Shown piece after piece: positions 53,402 through 63,473 of a DNA stretch of 64,000 nt (position 1 is its first letter; every line of letters begins with the position of its first letter). The DNA comes from Methanobacteriota archaeon (lineage in GTDB: Archaea; Thermoplasmatota; DTKX01; VGTL01): the NCBI GenBank assembly GCA_016874675.1, contig VGTL01000007.1:41-64040 (forward strand), read 5' to 3'. Under the pieces are notes generated by a model. The model ran no database searches and was not told the DNA's origin. It saw only the letters and a list, made by a program, of their open reading frames with translations. Made by a program: the position numbers and the translations under genes.

Positions 53402-55972
53402 ATGCGAGATCGCAAATTGCCGTTGGTGCTCCTGATTGTCGCCATCCTTTGCATCCCGCCGGCGGTGACCGCGGCGGGCGAGGGGCCCGGGCCGGAGGCT
53501 GCGGTCGTGCCGCGGGGCGAGTACAGCCAGCAGGGCAGCTGGGAGGGCGAGCTGAAGCTCACCGGGGGATACTACACGAACTCCAATCTGACCGTCTCCC
53601 TGCCCAACAACGCCACCATCAACTTCGCCTCCCTGGACATCCTGGGCAAGTGGGTCGAGGGTCCCAAGCAGTCGATGGACTGCGATTTCGCCTCCGATCC
53701 CGGCAACCAGTACACCGCCTACGCCGGGGTGTACAACAAGAACGCGCCCGGCAGCGCGAAGCCCAGCGCGTTCCAGGGGGCCCAGCTCCAGGGCTCCGAG
53801 CTCAGCAGCATCGCCTACAGCGACGCCAGGTACGCCCAGTACTGGGGCTACGGGTGGAACAGCGAGTGGGCCTTCCACCACTTCCAGTTCAAGCTGCCGC
53901 TCGACAAGGTGACGAAGGTGGTCGCCACCTACGAGGGGTTCGCCGGCTACTCCTACTACGGAGTGGGAACGGTCGCGGCCTACATCTGGAACAACGCCTC
54001 CCAGGCCTGGGACGTGCTCGGGACCGGCAGCGACAGCCCCAAGTCGACCTTCATGAAGGAGTTCAACGGCCCGGGCCACCTTACGGTCCAGGGCAACTAC
54101 AAGTACATCGACCTGCTAGCCATCTGCCAGAAGGGATCCAATGTCTACGGGAACGAGTACAACGTCATCAACACCGATTATGTCAAGATCTACGTCGAGG
54201 GGAACGTGCTCACCTATCCCGCGAACCCCAAGCTCACCGTGGGCTCCGCCTACAACCCCGCATGGAGCATCCAGACCGACAAGTTCGACTTCCTGGTGAG
54301 CGTCGGCACGGCCGACCTCATGAACCAGATACAGGACGTGACGAGACGGGCGACCACCCAGTACGCCGAGGTCCGGTTCACGTTCAGGTCCGAGACCGTC
54401 GGCAGGGTCAACGTCACCAACCTGAAGATCAGCTACACGTCGCCCCCGTGGTACAAGGGCGGCCTCGACAGGGCCTACTCCCTGGAGGAGGACACGCCCA
54501 ATCCCAAGCTCATCGACCTCAACCAGTACTTCACCGACGACATCGACGAGAAGAAGCTCCGGTTCGATATAATTTACGAGGAGGATTCCAAGAAGCTGGA
54601 CGCCGACATCGATCCAGCGGGCTGGATGGGCTTCAAGCTCCCCACGAAGAACTGGTGGGGCTCGATGAGGTTCCAGGTCCGGGCGACCGACTCCGACAGC
54701 CTCACGCGCGATTCCCCCAAGTTCACCGTCAGCGTGACATCGGTCAACGACCCGCCGGTCATCTCGCCAATAGGCCACATGATCGCGACCGAGGAGGTGC
54801 CCTTCACCTTGCAGGTGAGGGCGCGGGACGTCGACATGGACCTCGACCCCGAGGAGATGGTGATGTTCTCCGACAACACCAGCCTCTTCGAGATAGACAC
54901 CTCGACCGGGAAGGCGTCGTTCACTCCGAGGCAGGAGCAGGTCGGCCTCTACAGCATAGGCATCATCGCGACCGACCTTCTGGGCGACACCGACCAGGAG
55001 AACTTCACCCTCGAGATAATGGACGCCGAGGACGCGCCCGTACTGGACGACATCCCGGACCAGTCGGCCATGCAGGACCAGCCCTTCCTGTACACGGTCA
55101 CCGCCACGGACCCCGACCTGCCCTACGGCGACTCGCTGAGGTTTTTCGACAACTCGCCGCTCTTCGTCATCGAGCCCGACACGGGCCTCATAAGCTTCAC
55201 CCCGACCGTGAAGGACATCGGTTCCTACCTGGTGTCGATCACCGTCAACGACGCCCGCGGCGGGACGGACGTCCGGCAGTTCGAGCTCAAGGTGCTCAAC
55301 CTGCTGGGCACCCTCAACCGGCCGCCCGCGGTCGAGGCGGTGCCGGACCTGACCGCGCAGGAGGGCGTGCAGTTCGAGCACACGGTCAAGGGCTCCGACC
55401 CGGACTTCAACTCGGGGGACAGCATCAGCTACGCCGACAACTGCCCCGTCTTCGACATAGGCGCCGGCAGCGGCCGGATTTCTTTCAAGCCCACCGCCAA
55501 GGACGCCGGCTCGTACAAGGTCAAGGTGACCGTCAAGGACAGGGAGGGGCTGACGGCGACCGTGGAGTTCAACCTGACGGTCCTCAAGACCAACCACCCG
55601 CCCGAGATAACCGAGGTCCTGCCCAAGGACGGCACCGAGGTGCTCGCGAAGCGCGCCTTCAAGCTCTCCGCGGCCGCCCGCGACGTCGACGGCGACCGGA
55701 TCAACTACACCTGGATGGACGGGCCCACGGTGCTCGGGTACGGCCCGGAGATCACCGTGAGCTTCCCCGACGAGGGGACCTACATCATCACCGTCATCGC
55801 GTCGGACGGCAAGCTCGAGAAGGTCAACGAGACCACCATCGAGGTGGTGGACAGGATCTCGACCGGCGGCCCCTCCGGGAGCGGCACGCCCGGCTTCGGG
55901 GCCGCGCTGGCGGCGGCGGCCGTGGCGCTCGCGGCGCTGGGGATGGCGCGCAGGAGAGGGCTGCGCAGGTAG
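53402..55972 (+). CDS. PGF-CTERM surface protein with cadherin-like/putative Ig repeats (paralog 1)
   Basis: Signal peptide, repeated N.PP...D.D...LF.ID..TG.I.FTP, C-terminal TPGF-TM-RRRGLRR. Confidence 0.88.
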   Translation: MRDRKLPLVLLIVAILCIPPAVTAAGEGPGPEAAVVPRGEYSQQGSWEGELKLTGGYYTNSNLTVSLPNNATINFASLDILGKWVEGPKQSMDCDFASDPGNQYTAYAGVYNKNAPGSAKPSAFQGAQLQGSELSSIAYSDARYAQYWGYGWNSEWAFHHFQFKLPLDKVTKVVATYEGFAGYSYYGVGTVAAYIWNNASQAWDVLGTGSDSPKSTFMKEFNGPGHLTVQGNYKYIDLLAICQKGSNVYGNEYNVINTDYVKIYVEGNVLTYPANPKLTVGSAYNPAWSIQTDKFDFLVSVGTADLMNQIQDVTRRATTQYAEVRFTFRSETVGRVNVTNLKISYTSPPWYKGGLDRAYSLEEDTPNPKLIDLNQYFTDDIDEKKLRFDIIYEEDSKKLDADIDPAGWMGFKLPTKNWWGSMRFQVRATDSDSLTRDSPKFTVSVTSVNDPPVISPIGHMIATEEVPFTLQVRARDVDMDLDPEEMVMFSDNTSLFEIDTSTGKASFTPRQEQVGLYSIGIIATDLLGDTDQENFTLEIMDAEDAPVLDDIPDQSAMQDQPFLYTVTATDPDLPYGDSLRFFDNSPLFVIEPDTGLISFTPTVKDIGSYLVSITVNDARGGTDVRQFELKVLNLLGTLNRPPAVEAVPDLTAQEGVQFEHTVKGSDPDFNSGDSISYADNCPVFDIGAGSGRISFKPTAKDAGSYKVKVTVKDREGLTATVEFNLTVLKTNHPPEITEVLPKDGTEVLAKRAFKLSAAARDVDGDRINYTWMDGPTVLGYGPEITVSFPDEGTYIITVIASDGKLEKVNETTIEVVDRISTGGPSGSGTPGFGAALAAAAVALAALGMARRRGLRR

Positions 55973-55984
55973 GCGGACGGCATT

Positions 55985-56108
55985 TCAGGGTGCTGGGTGC
56001 AGGGGAAGACGGGCCGTCCCGCCTCCCGTGATCGTCGCCCTGCCGCGACATCGCGCCCTGAACCCTCGTCTTTTCCCCGCACCCCGCACCCTGCACCCCG
56101 CTCCCTGT
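55985..56108. repeat. Degenerate heptamer inverted repeat
   Basis: CAGGGTGC units and a CCCCGCA/CCCTGCA tandem arm. Confidence 0.55.
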
Positions 56109-56216
56109 CACTCTAGTAACTATTAAGAATCATATCGTTTTTTCGCGTCTTGTGTCGCGAACCGTCAGACAGGGTTTAATAGCTCCTGTTTTTCTGCTCA
56201 ATACGGGAAAGGAGGC

Positions 56217-58790
56217 GTGGGGATGCTGAAAGGGCGCGCAGGATGGGTCATCGCTCTGGCTCTGGGTGTGGTTCTGGGTCTTCCCGCGGTCCCGTCCGAG
56301 AGCGCCCCGGCGGGGGCCTCCGCCTCGGCGCGCGGCGAGTTCGTCCAGGACCAGACCGTCGAGCTGGGCTTCGACAACGAGACCTTCCAGAACCTGTCGT
56401 TTTCCATCTCCCTGCCCTCGAACTCGACCATCCACTCGGCGTCCGTGGACCTCGAGGGGCGGCCGGTGGTCGGGCCCGACACCGGGGTCGCCTGCGACTT
56501 CAGCGGCGACACCAAGGACTATGTCGGCTACAAGGGCACCTACTCGAAGAACGCCCCCGGAACCGCAAGGCCCACCTCATTCCAGGGCACCCAGATGCAG
56601 GGCTCCGACTTGGGCCGGGTGGCCTACCTCGACGGGACCTATGCCGAGCAGTACGCCTACTCGTGGAACGGCGAGTACGGCTACCACCACTTCAAGTTCA
56701 AGCTGCCCCTCGACATGGTGGACAACCTGACGGTCACCTGGAACGGATACTCCGGCTACTACTACAAGAGCGGGAGCTACACCTACGGAGGCTACGGCAC
56801 CTCCAGCGTCTACATCTGGAACAACCAGAGCCTCGAGTGGGAGTACGTCGGCAACGTCTCCGGCGCCCCCAAGACGGTCTCGAAATGGTTCAACGGCTCC
56901 GCCTACCTTGACGGCACCGGCTGCGTGCACGTCCTCTCGCTGACCAAATCGGGCTGGGCCTACTCCGGCAGCTACGCCTACAACAACATGGACACGGACT
57001 ACGTGCGCGTCTGCGCCACCGGCAACGTCCTGCTGTACCCGAAGGACCCGCTCATGGACATCGGCGCCAACGGCCGCGTCGAGTGGTCGCTGGACGTCGA
57101 GGAGTTCGACTTCATGGTCAACGTCTGCGACTACTCGCTGGTCCAGGAGCTCCAGACGCTGGTGAAGAACTCCCCCGGCCGCTTCACGCCGATAAAGTTC
57201 CGGTTCCGCTCCCAGGCCGAGGGCTTCATCGCGGTCTCGAACCTCACCATCTCCTACAACGCGCCCCCCTGGTGCCGCGGCATCCCCGACACCTACGTGC
57301 TCGACGAGGACACCCCCGCCGGGGCGCTCATCGACCTCAACCGCTTCTTCGACGACGACCAGGGCCGGCTGCAGTACGAGATAACCTACGAGGAGGACGC
57401 CAAGAAGCTCGACGCCGAGATCTCGGCGGACGGCCACAGCCTCGACTTCAAGCCCCCGACCCGGAACTGGTGGGGGGAGATGCGCTTCCGGGTGAAGGCG
57501 ACGGACCCGGAGAACGTCCCGCTGTCCGCGGAGAGCAACGCCTTCCGGGTCACGGTGCGGCCCGTGAACGACCCGCCGGTGCTGCAGTACCTCATGCCCC
57601 AGGTGGCGTTCGAGGAGACGCCCTTCCGGCTCACGGTCAGCGTCCGGGACGTCGACATGGACCTGGACCCGGCCGAGAAGGTGGCCTTCTCGGACAACAC
57701 CGACCTCTTCGACATCCACCCCGGCTCGGGCAAGATAGAGTTCACCCCGGCGCAGGAACAGGTCGGTTCCTACAACATCCAGATAGCCGCCACGGACTTG
57801 GCCGGCGCCCGGGACGAGCGCAACTTCACGTTGGAGGTCCGCAACATGCCGGACGCGCCGTCCCTCCAGTCCGTGCCGGACCTGGAGGCGCCCCAGGACC
57901 AGCCCTTCTCGTTCCGGGTCCGGGCCTCCGACCCGGACATTCCGTACGGCGACGGCCTCAACTTCTCCGACGACACCCCGCTCTTCGACATAGACCCGCT
58001 CACGGGCCTCATCCAGTTCGTCCCGTCCGGGAAGGACGTGGGCCGCCACCCCGTCACTGTAAGGGTAACGGACACGACCGGCCTGTGTGCCGACAGGAAG
58101 TTCAACCTCACGGTGCTCAACACCATCGGCAACATCGACCGGCCCCCGGCGATCCAGGCCGTCGGGGACCAGACCGCGGTGGAGGGGCGGCCCTTCGAGC
58201 TTGCGGTCAAGGCGTCGGACCCGGACCTTCCCGCGGGCGACCTCCTGGAGTACTCGGACGACTGCCCGCTCTTCGACATCGACCCGGACGGCCGGATCGC
58301 CTTCACGCCGCGCTTCGAGGACGCCGGCATATACAACGTCAGCGTCACGGTCAGGGACCGCGACGGCCTCTCGGCCTCGGCGGCGTTCGTCCTGACCGTC
58401 CTGACGGTCAACCACGCGCCCGAGATAACGGCGCTGAGCCCCGAGGAGGGGAGCAACTACACGACGGGGGCCAGGATCGTGCTTCGGGCCTCCGCCACCG
58501 ACCTGGACGGCGACGCGCTCAACTACACCTGGAAGGAGGGCGGCATCATCCTTGGCCACGGCGAGGAGCTCGGCGTCTCGTTCGAGGAGGTCCGGACCTA
58601 CTTCATCACCCTGTCGGTCTCGGACGGGGACCTGGAGGCGACCCGGGAGACCTCGGTCGTGGTTCTGGAGCCGCCGCCCGTGCCGGGCCTTCTCGGATCA
58701 CCGGGCGCGCCCGGCTTCGGGACGGTGCTGGCCGTGCTGGCGCTGGCGGGGGCCGCCGTCGCGCTGGCCGCCCGGCGTCGGAAGGGCTGA
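56217..58790 (+). CDS. PGF-CTERM surface protein (paralog 2)
   Basis: Colinear with paralog 1; ends APGFGTVLAVLALAGAAVALAARRRKG. Confidence 0.88.
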   Translation: MGMLKGRAGWVIALALGVVLGLPAVPSESAPAGASASARGEFVQDQTVELGFDNETFQNLSFSISLPSNSTIHSASVDLEGRPVVGPDTGVACDFSGDTKDYVGYKGTYSKNAPGTARPTSFQGTQMQGSDLGRVAYLDGTYAEQYAYSWNGEYGYHHFKFKLPLDMVDNLTVTWNGYSGYYYKSGSYTYGGYGTSSVYIWNNQSLEWEYVGNVSGAPKTVSKWFNGSAYLDGTGCVHVLSLTKSGWAYSGSYAYNNMDTDYVRVCATGNVLLYPKDPLMDIGANGRVEWSLDVEEFDFMVNVCDYSLVQELQTLVKNSPGRFTPIKFRFRSQAEGFIAVSNLTISYNAPPWCRGIPDTYVLDEDTPAGALIDLNRFFDDDQGRLQYEITYEEDAKKLDAEISADGHSLDFKPPTRNWWGEMRFRVKATDPENVPLSAESNAFRVTVRPVNDPPVLQYLMPQVAFEETPFRLTVSVRDVDMDLDPAEKVAFSDNTDLFDIHPGSGKIEFTPAQEQVGSYNIQIAATDLAGARDERNFTLEVRNMPDAPSLQSVPDLEAPQDQPFSFRVRASDPDIPYGDGLNFSDDTPLFDIDPLTGLIQFVPSGKDVGRHPVTVRVTDTTGLCADRKFNLTVLNTIGNIDRPPAIQAVGDQTAVEGRPFELAVKASDPDLPAGDLLEYSDDCPLFDIDPDGRIAFTPRFEDAGIYNVSVTVRDRDGLSASAAFVLTVLTVNHAPEITALSPEEGSNYTTGARIVLRASATDLDGDALNYTWKEGGIILGHGEELGVSFEEVRTYFITLSVSDGDLEATRETSVVVLEPPPVPGLLGSPGAPGFGTVLAVLALAGAAVALAARRRKG

Positions 58791-58873
58791 GCGTCGCCGC
58801 CGGCCCGCCGCCCCGCACCGCTCCAAAAGACATTTATCCCCCTAGCGTCTTGAAAGATGCGCAAGGGATACCG

Positions 58874-61354
58874 ATGAGAACCCCCAGGATACTGTCGGTA
58901 CTGGCGCTGACCGCCCTGCTGGCAATGCCCGCCATCCCGGCCGCGACCCGGGACGGGGAGGGTCCCGCGGCGCCGCGCACCGAGTGGCGCCAGGCCGGCG
59001 TCCAGGACTTCGAGCTCAAGGCCAACGGCTCGGTGTACGAGAGCTCTCTTTTCAAGATCCCCGTCCCGGCCAACGCCTCGGTGACTACTGCATCCTGCGA
59101 CGTCAAAGGAGGCTACGTCAAGGGGCCGCTCACCTACGCCGCCTGCGACTTCAGCGACGAGCAGGCGGGCCACAAGGCCTACAAGGCCTCGACCAACACC
59201 TTCAGCCGGAACACCCCGGTCTGGTCCCTCGCCCAGAGCCCGGTCTCCTCGGGCGAGTACTCCAAGCTGGCCGCCAGCGACGACGACAGGCTCAGCCAGC
59301 TGGGCGACTGGACCGACCAGGACGGCTACGAGCTCTTCAGGTTCCATGTCCCGGTGGACGAGAGCCGGACCCTCGTGGTCAATTGGGAGGGGTACGCCTC
59401 CCTGGACTCCCTGGGCTACTATTTCGTGTACATCTGGAACAACTTCACGGGCATCTGGGAGCTCCTGGAGACCGCCAACCCGACCGCCGACCGCTGGGTG
59501 CGCATGCAGTTCGACACCGACTACTACATAAACGACCGCTCCGTGTGGGTCCTGGCCATGAACGACAACGGGGGGTACATCCACACGGACTACGTGAACA
59601 TCACCATCTCCGGCTATCCCTTCCTTTATCCCAAGAACCCGATGATGGACATAGGCGGGGACGGCAAGCCCGAGTGGTCCCTCAAGACGGAAAAGCTCGA
59701 CCACACGGTCATGGTGTACGAGCCGGCGATGCTCCAGGCCCTCGACGACGCCGCCCGGGGGGGCACCTCCAAGGACGTCAACGTCACCATCCGCTTCGTC
59801 TCGGACACGCCGTGCAGGATACGCCTGTCCGCGTTCTCGTTCAACTTCAGCGCCCCTCCCTGGTGCCGGGGCATCCCGAACATCGTCCTGGATGAGGACT
59901 CCGCGGAGCAGTCGGTGGTGGACCTTGCCCACTTCTTCCAAGACGACGTCGGGGGCAAGCTCACCTACCAGGTGAGCTACCAGCAGGACTCGAAGAGGGT
60001 CCAGTGCCTGGTGAACGCCGACGGCCACACGCTCGATGTCAAGACCGTGACGCGCAACTGGTGGGGCTCTGTCAACTTCCGGGTGCGGGCGGTGGACAGC
60101 GAGGGGCTCTCCGGCGAGTCGGGCAACTTCACCGTCACGGTGCGCCCGGTCAACGACGCCCCCATCATGCCCCAGATACCCGCCCAGATGGGGACCCAGG
60201 GCCTGCCCTTCACCTACAAGGTCACCGCCCGCGACGTTGACGTCGACCTGGACCCGACCGAGACCGTGACCTACTCGGACAACGCCTCCTTCTTCGCGAT
60301 AGACCCGCAGACCGGCTGGATCAACTTCACGCCGAGGCAGGAGGACGTCGGGACCTGGTACATCTGCGTCACCGCCACGGACTCGCACGGGGAGGCGAGC
60401 TTCGCGGAGTTCTCCTTCCTCATCGAGGACGTCCAGGACCGGCCGGTGATGATGCAGATACCCGATCTTCGGGCGACCGAGGACGAGCCGTTCAGCTACA
60501 CGGTGGAGGTGAAGGACCCGGACCTGCCCTACGGGGACGCCCTGACCTTCTCCGACGACTGCGCGCTCTTCAACATCACCCCCGACACGGGGGTCATAGC
60601 CTTCACCCCGACGATCCGGGAGGTCGGGTTCTACCAGGGCAACATCACCGTGCGGGACAGGCGGGGCGGCGTGGACCGCCGCATGTTCAACCTGAGCGTG
60701 TTCAACAGCATAGGCTCCTTCGACCGCCCGCCCTCGGTGGAGCCCATCCCCGACTTCACGGTCGTCGAGGGGACGCCATTCACGTACCAGGTGAACGCCT
60801 CCGACCCGGACGAGGACGATTCTCTGTCGTTCAAGGACAGCTGCCCGATATTCATCATCGGGGCCTCCAACGGGACCATCTCCTTCACCCCGAAGAAGGA
60901 GGACATCGGCACCTACCTCGTGAAGATAACCGTGAGCGACTGGGAGGGCCTCGACGCCGAAACGTCGTTCAGGCTGACCGTGCTCCGGTTCAACAGCCCC
61001 CCGGTCATAACCTCCTTCAAGCCGAAAAACGGCACCAAGGTGCTCTTCGACCACGAGGTGGTGCTATCGGCGGACGCAACCGATCCGGAAGCAGACCGAC
61101 TGTCCTACACCTGGGTCGAGGGCAACCGGACATTGGGGCGCGGCTCGAGCATCGTGACGATGTTCAGCCTGCCCGGGACCTACGTCGTGACTCTCGTCGT
61201 CAACGACTCCCGCGACGAGACCACCCAGAACATCACCCTGCAGGTGGTCACCAAGCTCGACACGCCCAAATCCAGCCCCGGTTTCGGGACCGTCCTCGTG
61301 GCGGGCGCGGCCGCCATCGTCGCCGTGCTCGTGGCCAGACGCAGGAAACGCTAG
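58874..61354 (+). CDS. PGF-CTERM surface protein (paralog 3)
   Basis: ATG 58874 gives the MRTPRILSVLAL signal peptide; ends SPGFGTVLVAGAAAIVAVLVARRRKR. Confidence 0.88.
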   Translation: MRTPRILSVLALTALLAMPAIPAATRDGEGPAAPRTEWRQAGVQDFELKANGSVYESSLFKIPVPANASVTTASCDVKGGYVKGPLTYAACDFSDEQAGHKAYKASTNTFSRNTPVWSLAQSPVSSGEYSKLAASDDDRLSQLGDWTDQDGYELFRFHVPVDESRTLVVNWEGYASLDSLGYYFVYIWNNFTGIWELLETANPTADRWVRMQFDTDYYINDRSVWVLAMNDNGGYIHTDYVNITISGYPFLYPKNPMMDIGGDGKPEWSLKTEKLDHTVMVYEPAMLQALDDAARGGTSKDVNVTIRFVSDTPCRIRLSAFSFNFSAPPWCRGIPNIVLDEDSAEQSVVDLAHFFQDDVGGKLTYQVSYQQDSKRVQCLVNADGHTLDVKTVTRNWWGSVNFRVRAVDSEGLSGESGNFTVTVRPVNDAPIMPQIPAQMGTQGLPFTYKVTARDVDVDLDPTETVTYSDNASFFAIDPQTGWINFTPRQEDVGTWYICVTATDSHGEASFAEFSFLIEDVQDRPVMMQIPDLRATEDEPFSYTVEVKDPDLPYGDALTFSDDCALFNITPDTGVIAFTPTIREVGFYQGNITVRDRRGGVDRRMFNLSVFNSIGSFDRPPSVEPIPDFTVVEGTPFTYQVNASDPDEDDSLSFKDSCPIFIIGASNGTISFTPKKEDIGTYLVKITVSDWEGLDAETSFRLTVLRFNSPPVITSFKPKNGTKVLFDHEVVLSADATDPEADRLSYTWVEGNRTLGRGSSIVTMFSLPGTYVVTLVVNDSRDETTQNITLQVVTKLDTPKSSPGFGTVLVAGAAAIVAVLVARRRKR

Positions 61355-61575
61355 GGAAGGGCAGCGGGGGGATGGCGCAAGGCGCAGGGCGCAAGGGACG
61401 GAGGCGCAAGGGGGAAGGCGCAAGGAGCAAGGATTCTACCCCGAAACCGCCCCATGCTTCCCCGCGCCCTGCCCCTTGCGCCTTCTCCCTTGCGCCTCCG
61501 TCCCTTGCGCCCTGCGCCCTGCGCCTTGCGCCTTCCTCCTGCAACTCCTCCCCGTTGCCCGCTGCCCGCTCCCCA
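61355..61575. repeat. Composite heptamer inverted repeat (GGCAGCG type outside, GGCGCAA type inside)
   Basis: GGGCAGCGGG...GGCGCAAGGCGCAG, spacer, CTTGCGCC...TGCCCGCTGCCCGCT. Confidence 0.85.
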
Positions 61576-61611
61576 ATAGTATAATAAATCGTACCGTCCG
61601 TTACAGTACCC

Positions 61612-62526
61612 GTGAAAATAGTCGTGCTAGGCTCGGGCGGCTCCTGGCCCTGCCGGGACCGAGCCCCGCCGGCCGTGGCGCTCAAGCTCGACGGCGAGAT
61701 AATCCTGTTCGACTGCGCCGAGGGCACCCAGCGCCAGTTCATGTTCTCCACGCTGTCGTTCATGCAGGTCGGGCACGTGCTGCTTTCCCACCTGCACGGC
61801 GACCACTTCCTGGGCCTGCCCGGGCTCGTGGAGACCATGGCCCTCAACGACCGCCAGGACCGGCTCGACGTCTACGGGCCCCCGGGGACCGCCAGGCGCC
61901 TCCGCACGCTCTTTTCGGTGGGCTACTTCTCCGCGGCGTTCCCGGTCGGGCTCCACGACCTGCGCGGCGGCGACGAGGTCGATTTCGGCACCTGCCGGCT
62001 CCGCTGCGCCGAGGCCTCCCACCAGGTCCCGTCGCTTGCGTACTCCGTCGAGGAGCCGCCCCGGCCCGGCCGGTTCAACCTGGACAAGGCCAGGGCGCTG
62101 GGCATTCCGGCGGGCAGGCTCTACAACCGGCTCCAGGCCGGGGAGACCGTCACCCACGCAGGAAGGACGTTCTCGCCGGACATGGTGCTCGGGCCGCCCC
62201 GGGGCGGCCGCAAGGTGGTCTACACGGGCGACAGCGCCCCCAGCGCCGCGCTGACCGAGCTCGCCCGGGGCGCCGACCTGCTCATCCACGATTCCACCTC
62301 GGACTCGGCCCTGGCCGCCAAGGCCAACCAGTACGGCCACAGCTCGAGCGTCCAGGCGGCCGAGACCGCCCGGAGCGCCGGCGCCCGGATGCTACTTCTG
62401 GTCCACATAAGCCCGCGCTTCGGGAAGGAGGACGAGCCGCGCATGCTGGCCGAGGCCCGGGCGGTGTTCCCGGACACGGTCCTGGCCTCGGACCTTCTCG
62501 AGCTCGACATCCGGCTCAGGGACTGA
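61612..62526 (+). CDS. rnz: Ribonuclease Z
   Basis: LGSGG, FDCAEGTQRQ, SHLHGDH, exosite GRF...GP, YTGD, HDST, HSS, HISPR. Confidence 0.95.
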   Translation: MKIVVLGSGGSWPCRDRAPPAVALKLDGEIILFDCAEGTQRQFMFSTLSFMQVGHVLLSHLHGDHFLGLPGLVETMALNDRQDRLDVYGPPGTARRLRTLFSVGYFSAAFPVGLHDLRGGDEVDFGTCRLRCAEASHQVPSLAYSVEEPPRPGRFNLDKARALGIPAGRLYNRLQAGETVTHAGRTFSPDMVLGPPRGGRKVVYTGDSAPSAALTELARGADLLIHDSTSDSALAAKANQYGHSSSVQAAETARSAGARMLLLVHISPRFGKEDEPRMLAEARAVFPDTVLASDLLELDIRLRD

Positions 62527-62608
62527 GGCGCGCCGGCGGCGGGCGGCGGCCCGCGCGAGATCCCGCCGGGCAAACCTTAATGCCGGCCGTGCCCGATACG
62601 CCCTCCCG

Positions 62609-63469
62609 ATGGATGAGGAGCCGTTCCGGGAGGTCTGCCGCACCCTGCGGGACCGCTTCTCTCCCACCGTGGCCTATCTCATCTGCCCGGACCCGGAGGT
62701 CATCCGCAGGGTCCGGGAGGTACTGGGGGAGCTGCCGCTCATAGTCCCGGTCAACCTGAACGGCGCCGGCAACGATATGCTCGCCGCCGGGCTCAAGAAG
62801 CTGGGCGTGAGGGTCCACCTCATCCACGAGGACTTCGAAAGCGACCTGGGCGTGCTCCCCCAGGCGAGGGTGCTGCTCCTCTCGGCCCACTCGGCGAGGC
62901 TCTTCGGGGCCGGCGACCGGGTGCTCCTCCTGGTCCACACCGGGGTCCAGGGCTGGGGGTTCTTCGAGGGGCGGAACCTCCGGCGCAACCGCCTGGGCGA
63001 GCTGCTCCAGGGCCGGCTGCGGACGGAGGTGCTAGAATCCGTCCTGGACCTGTCCATGGAGCTGGTCCGGGAGGGGCGCGAGGGCTTTCCGGTGGGGGCG
63101 CTTTTCACGATCGGCGATTCCGGGAGCGTGATGGGGGCCAGCCGGGAGGGCATCGCCAACCCGTTCGAGGGGCACCCCCTGAGGACACGGGGAATCGGGG
63201 ACCGGCGCAACTGGAAGACCATAAAGAACTTCGCCGCCCTCGATGGAGCCTGCGTCCTGGACGACGACGGCAACGTGGTGGCGGCGGGGCGGTACATCAA
63301 CGTCGGGGAGAACTGGTCGGCCTTCCTCAAGGGCGTCGGGGGACGCCACAGCGCGGCGATGGTGGCCTCGGCCGGGACCAGGGCGGTGGCCGTCTGCGCC
63401 TCGCAGGAAGGCAACATAACCGTCTTCATGGACGGCAAGCCGGTCTATTCCATCGGCGTCCGGGGCTGA
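62609..63469 (+). CDS. dacZ: Diadenylate cyclase (DacZ/DisA_N type)
   Basis: EGREG.PVGALFTIGD, NPF.G, ALDGA, GGRHSAA, SQE. Confidence 0.85.
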   Translation: MDEEPFREVCRTLRDRFSPTVAYLICPDPEVIRRVREVLGELPLIVPVNLNGAGNDMLAAGLKKLGVRVHLIHEDFESDLGVLPQARVLLLSAHSARLFGAGDRVLLLVHTGVQGWGFFEGRNLRRNRLGELLQGRLRTEVLESVLDLSMELVREGREGFPVGALFTIGDSGSVMGASREGIANPFEGHPLRTRGIGDRRNWKTIKNFAALDGACVLDDDGNVVAAGRYINVGENWSAFLKGVGGRHSAAMVASAGTRAVAVCASQEGNITVFMDGKPVYSIGVRG

Positions 63470-63473
63470 TGGG

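Noticed and set aside
57083-58873. Apparent 1423-aa ORF 57083-61354
   Set aside because: The first ~600 aa are an off-frame shadow of the upstream paralog. The real gene starts at ATG 58874 with a signal peptide.
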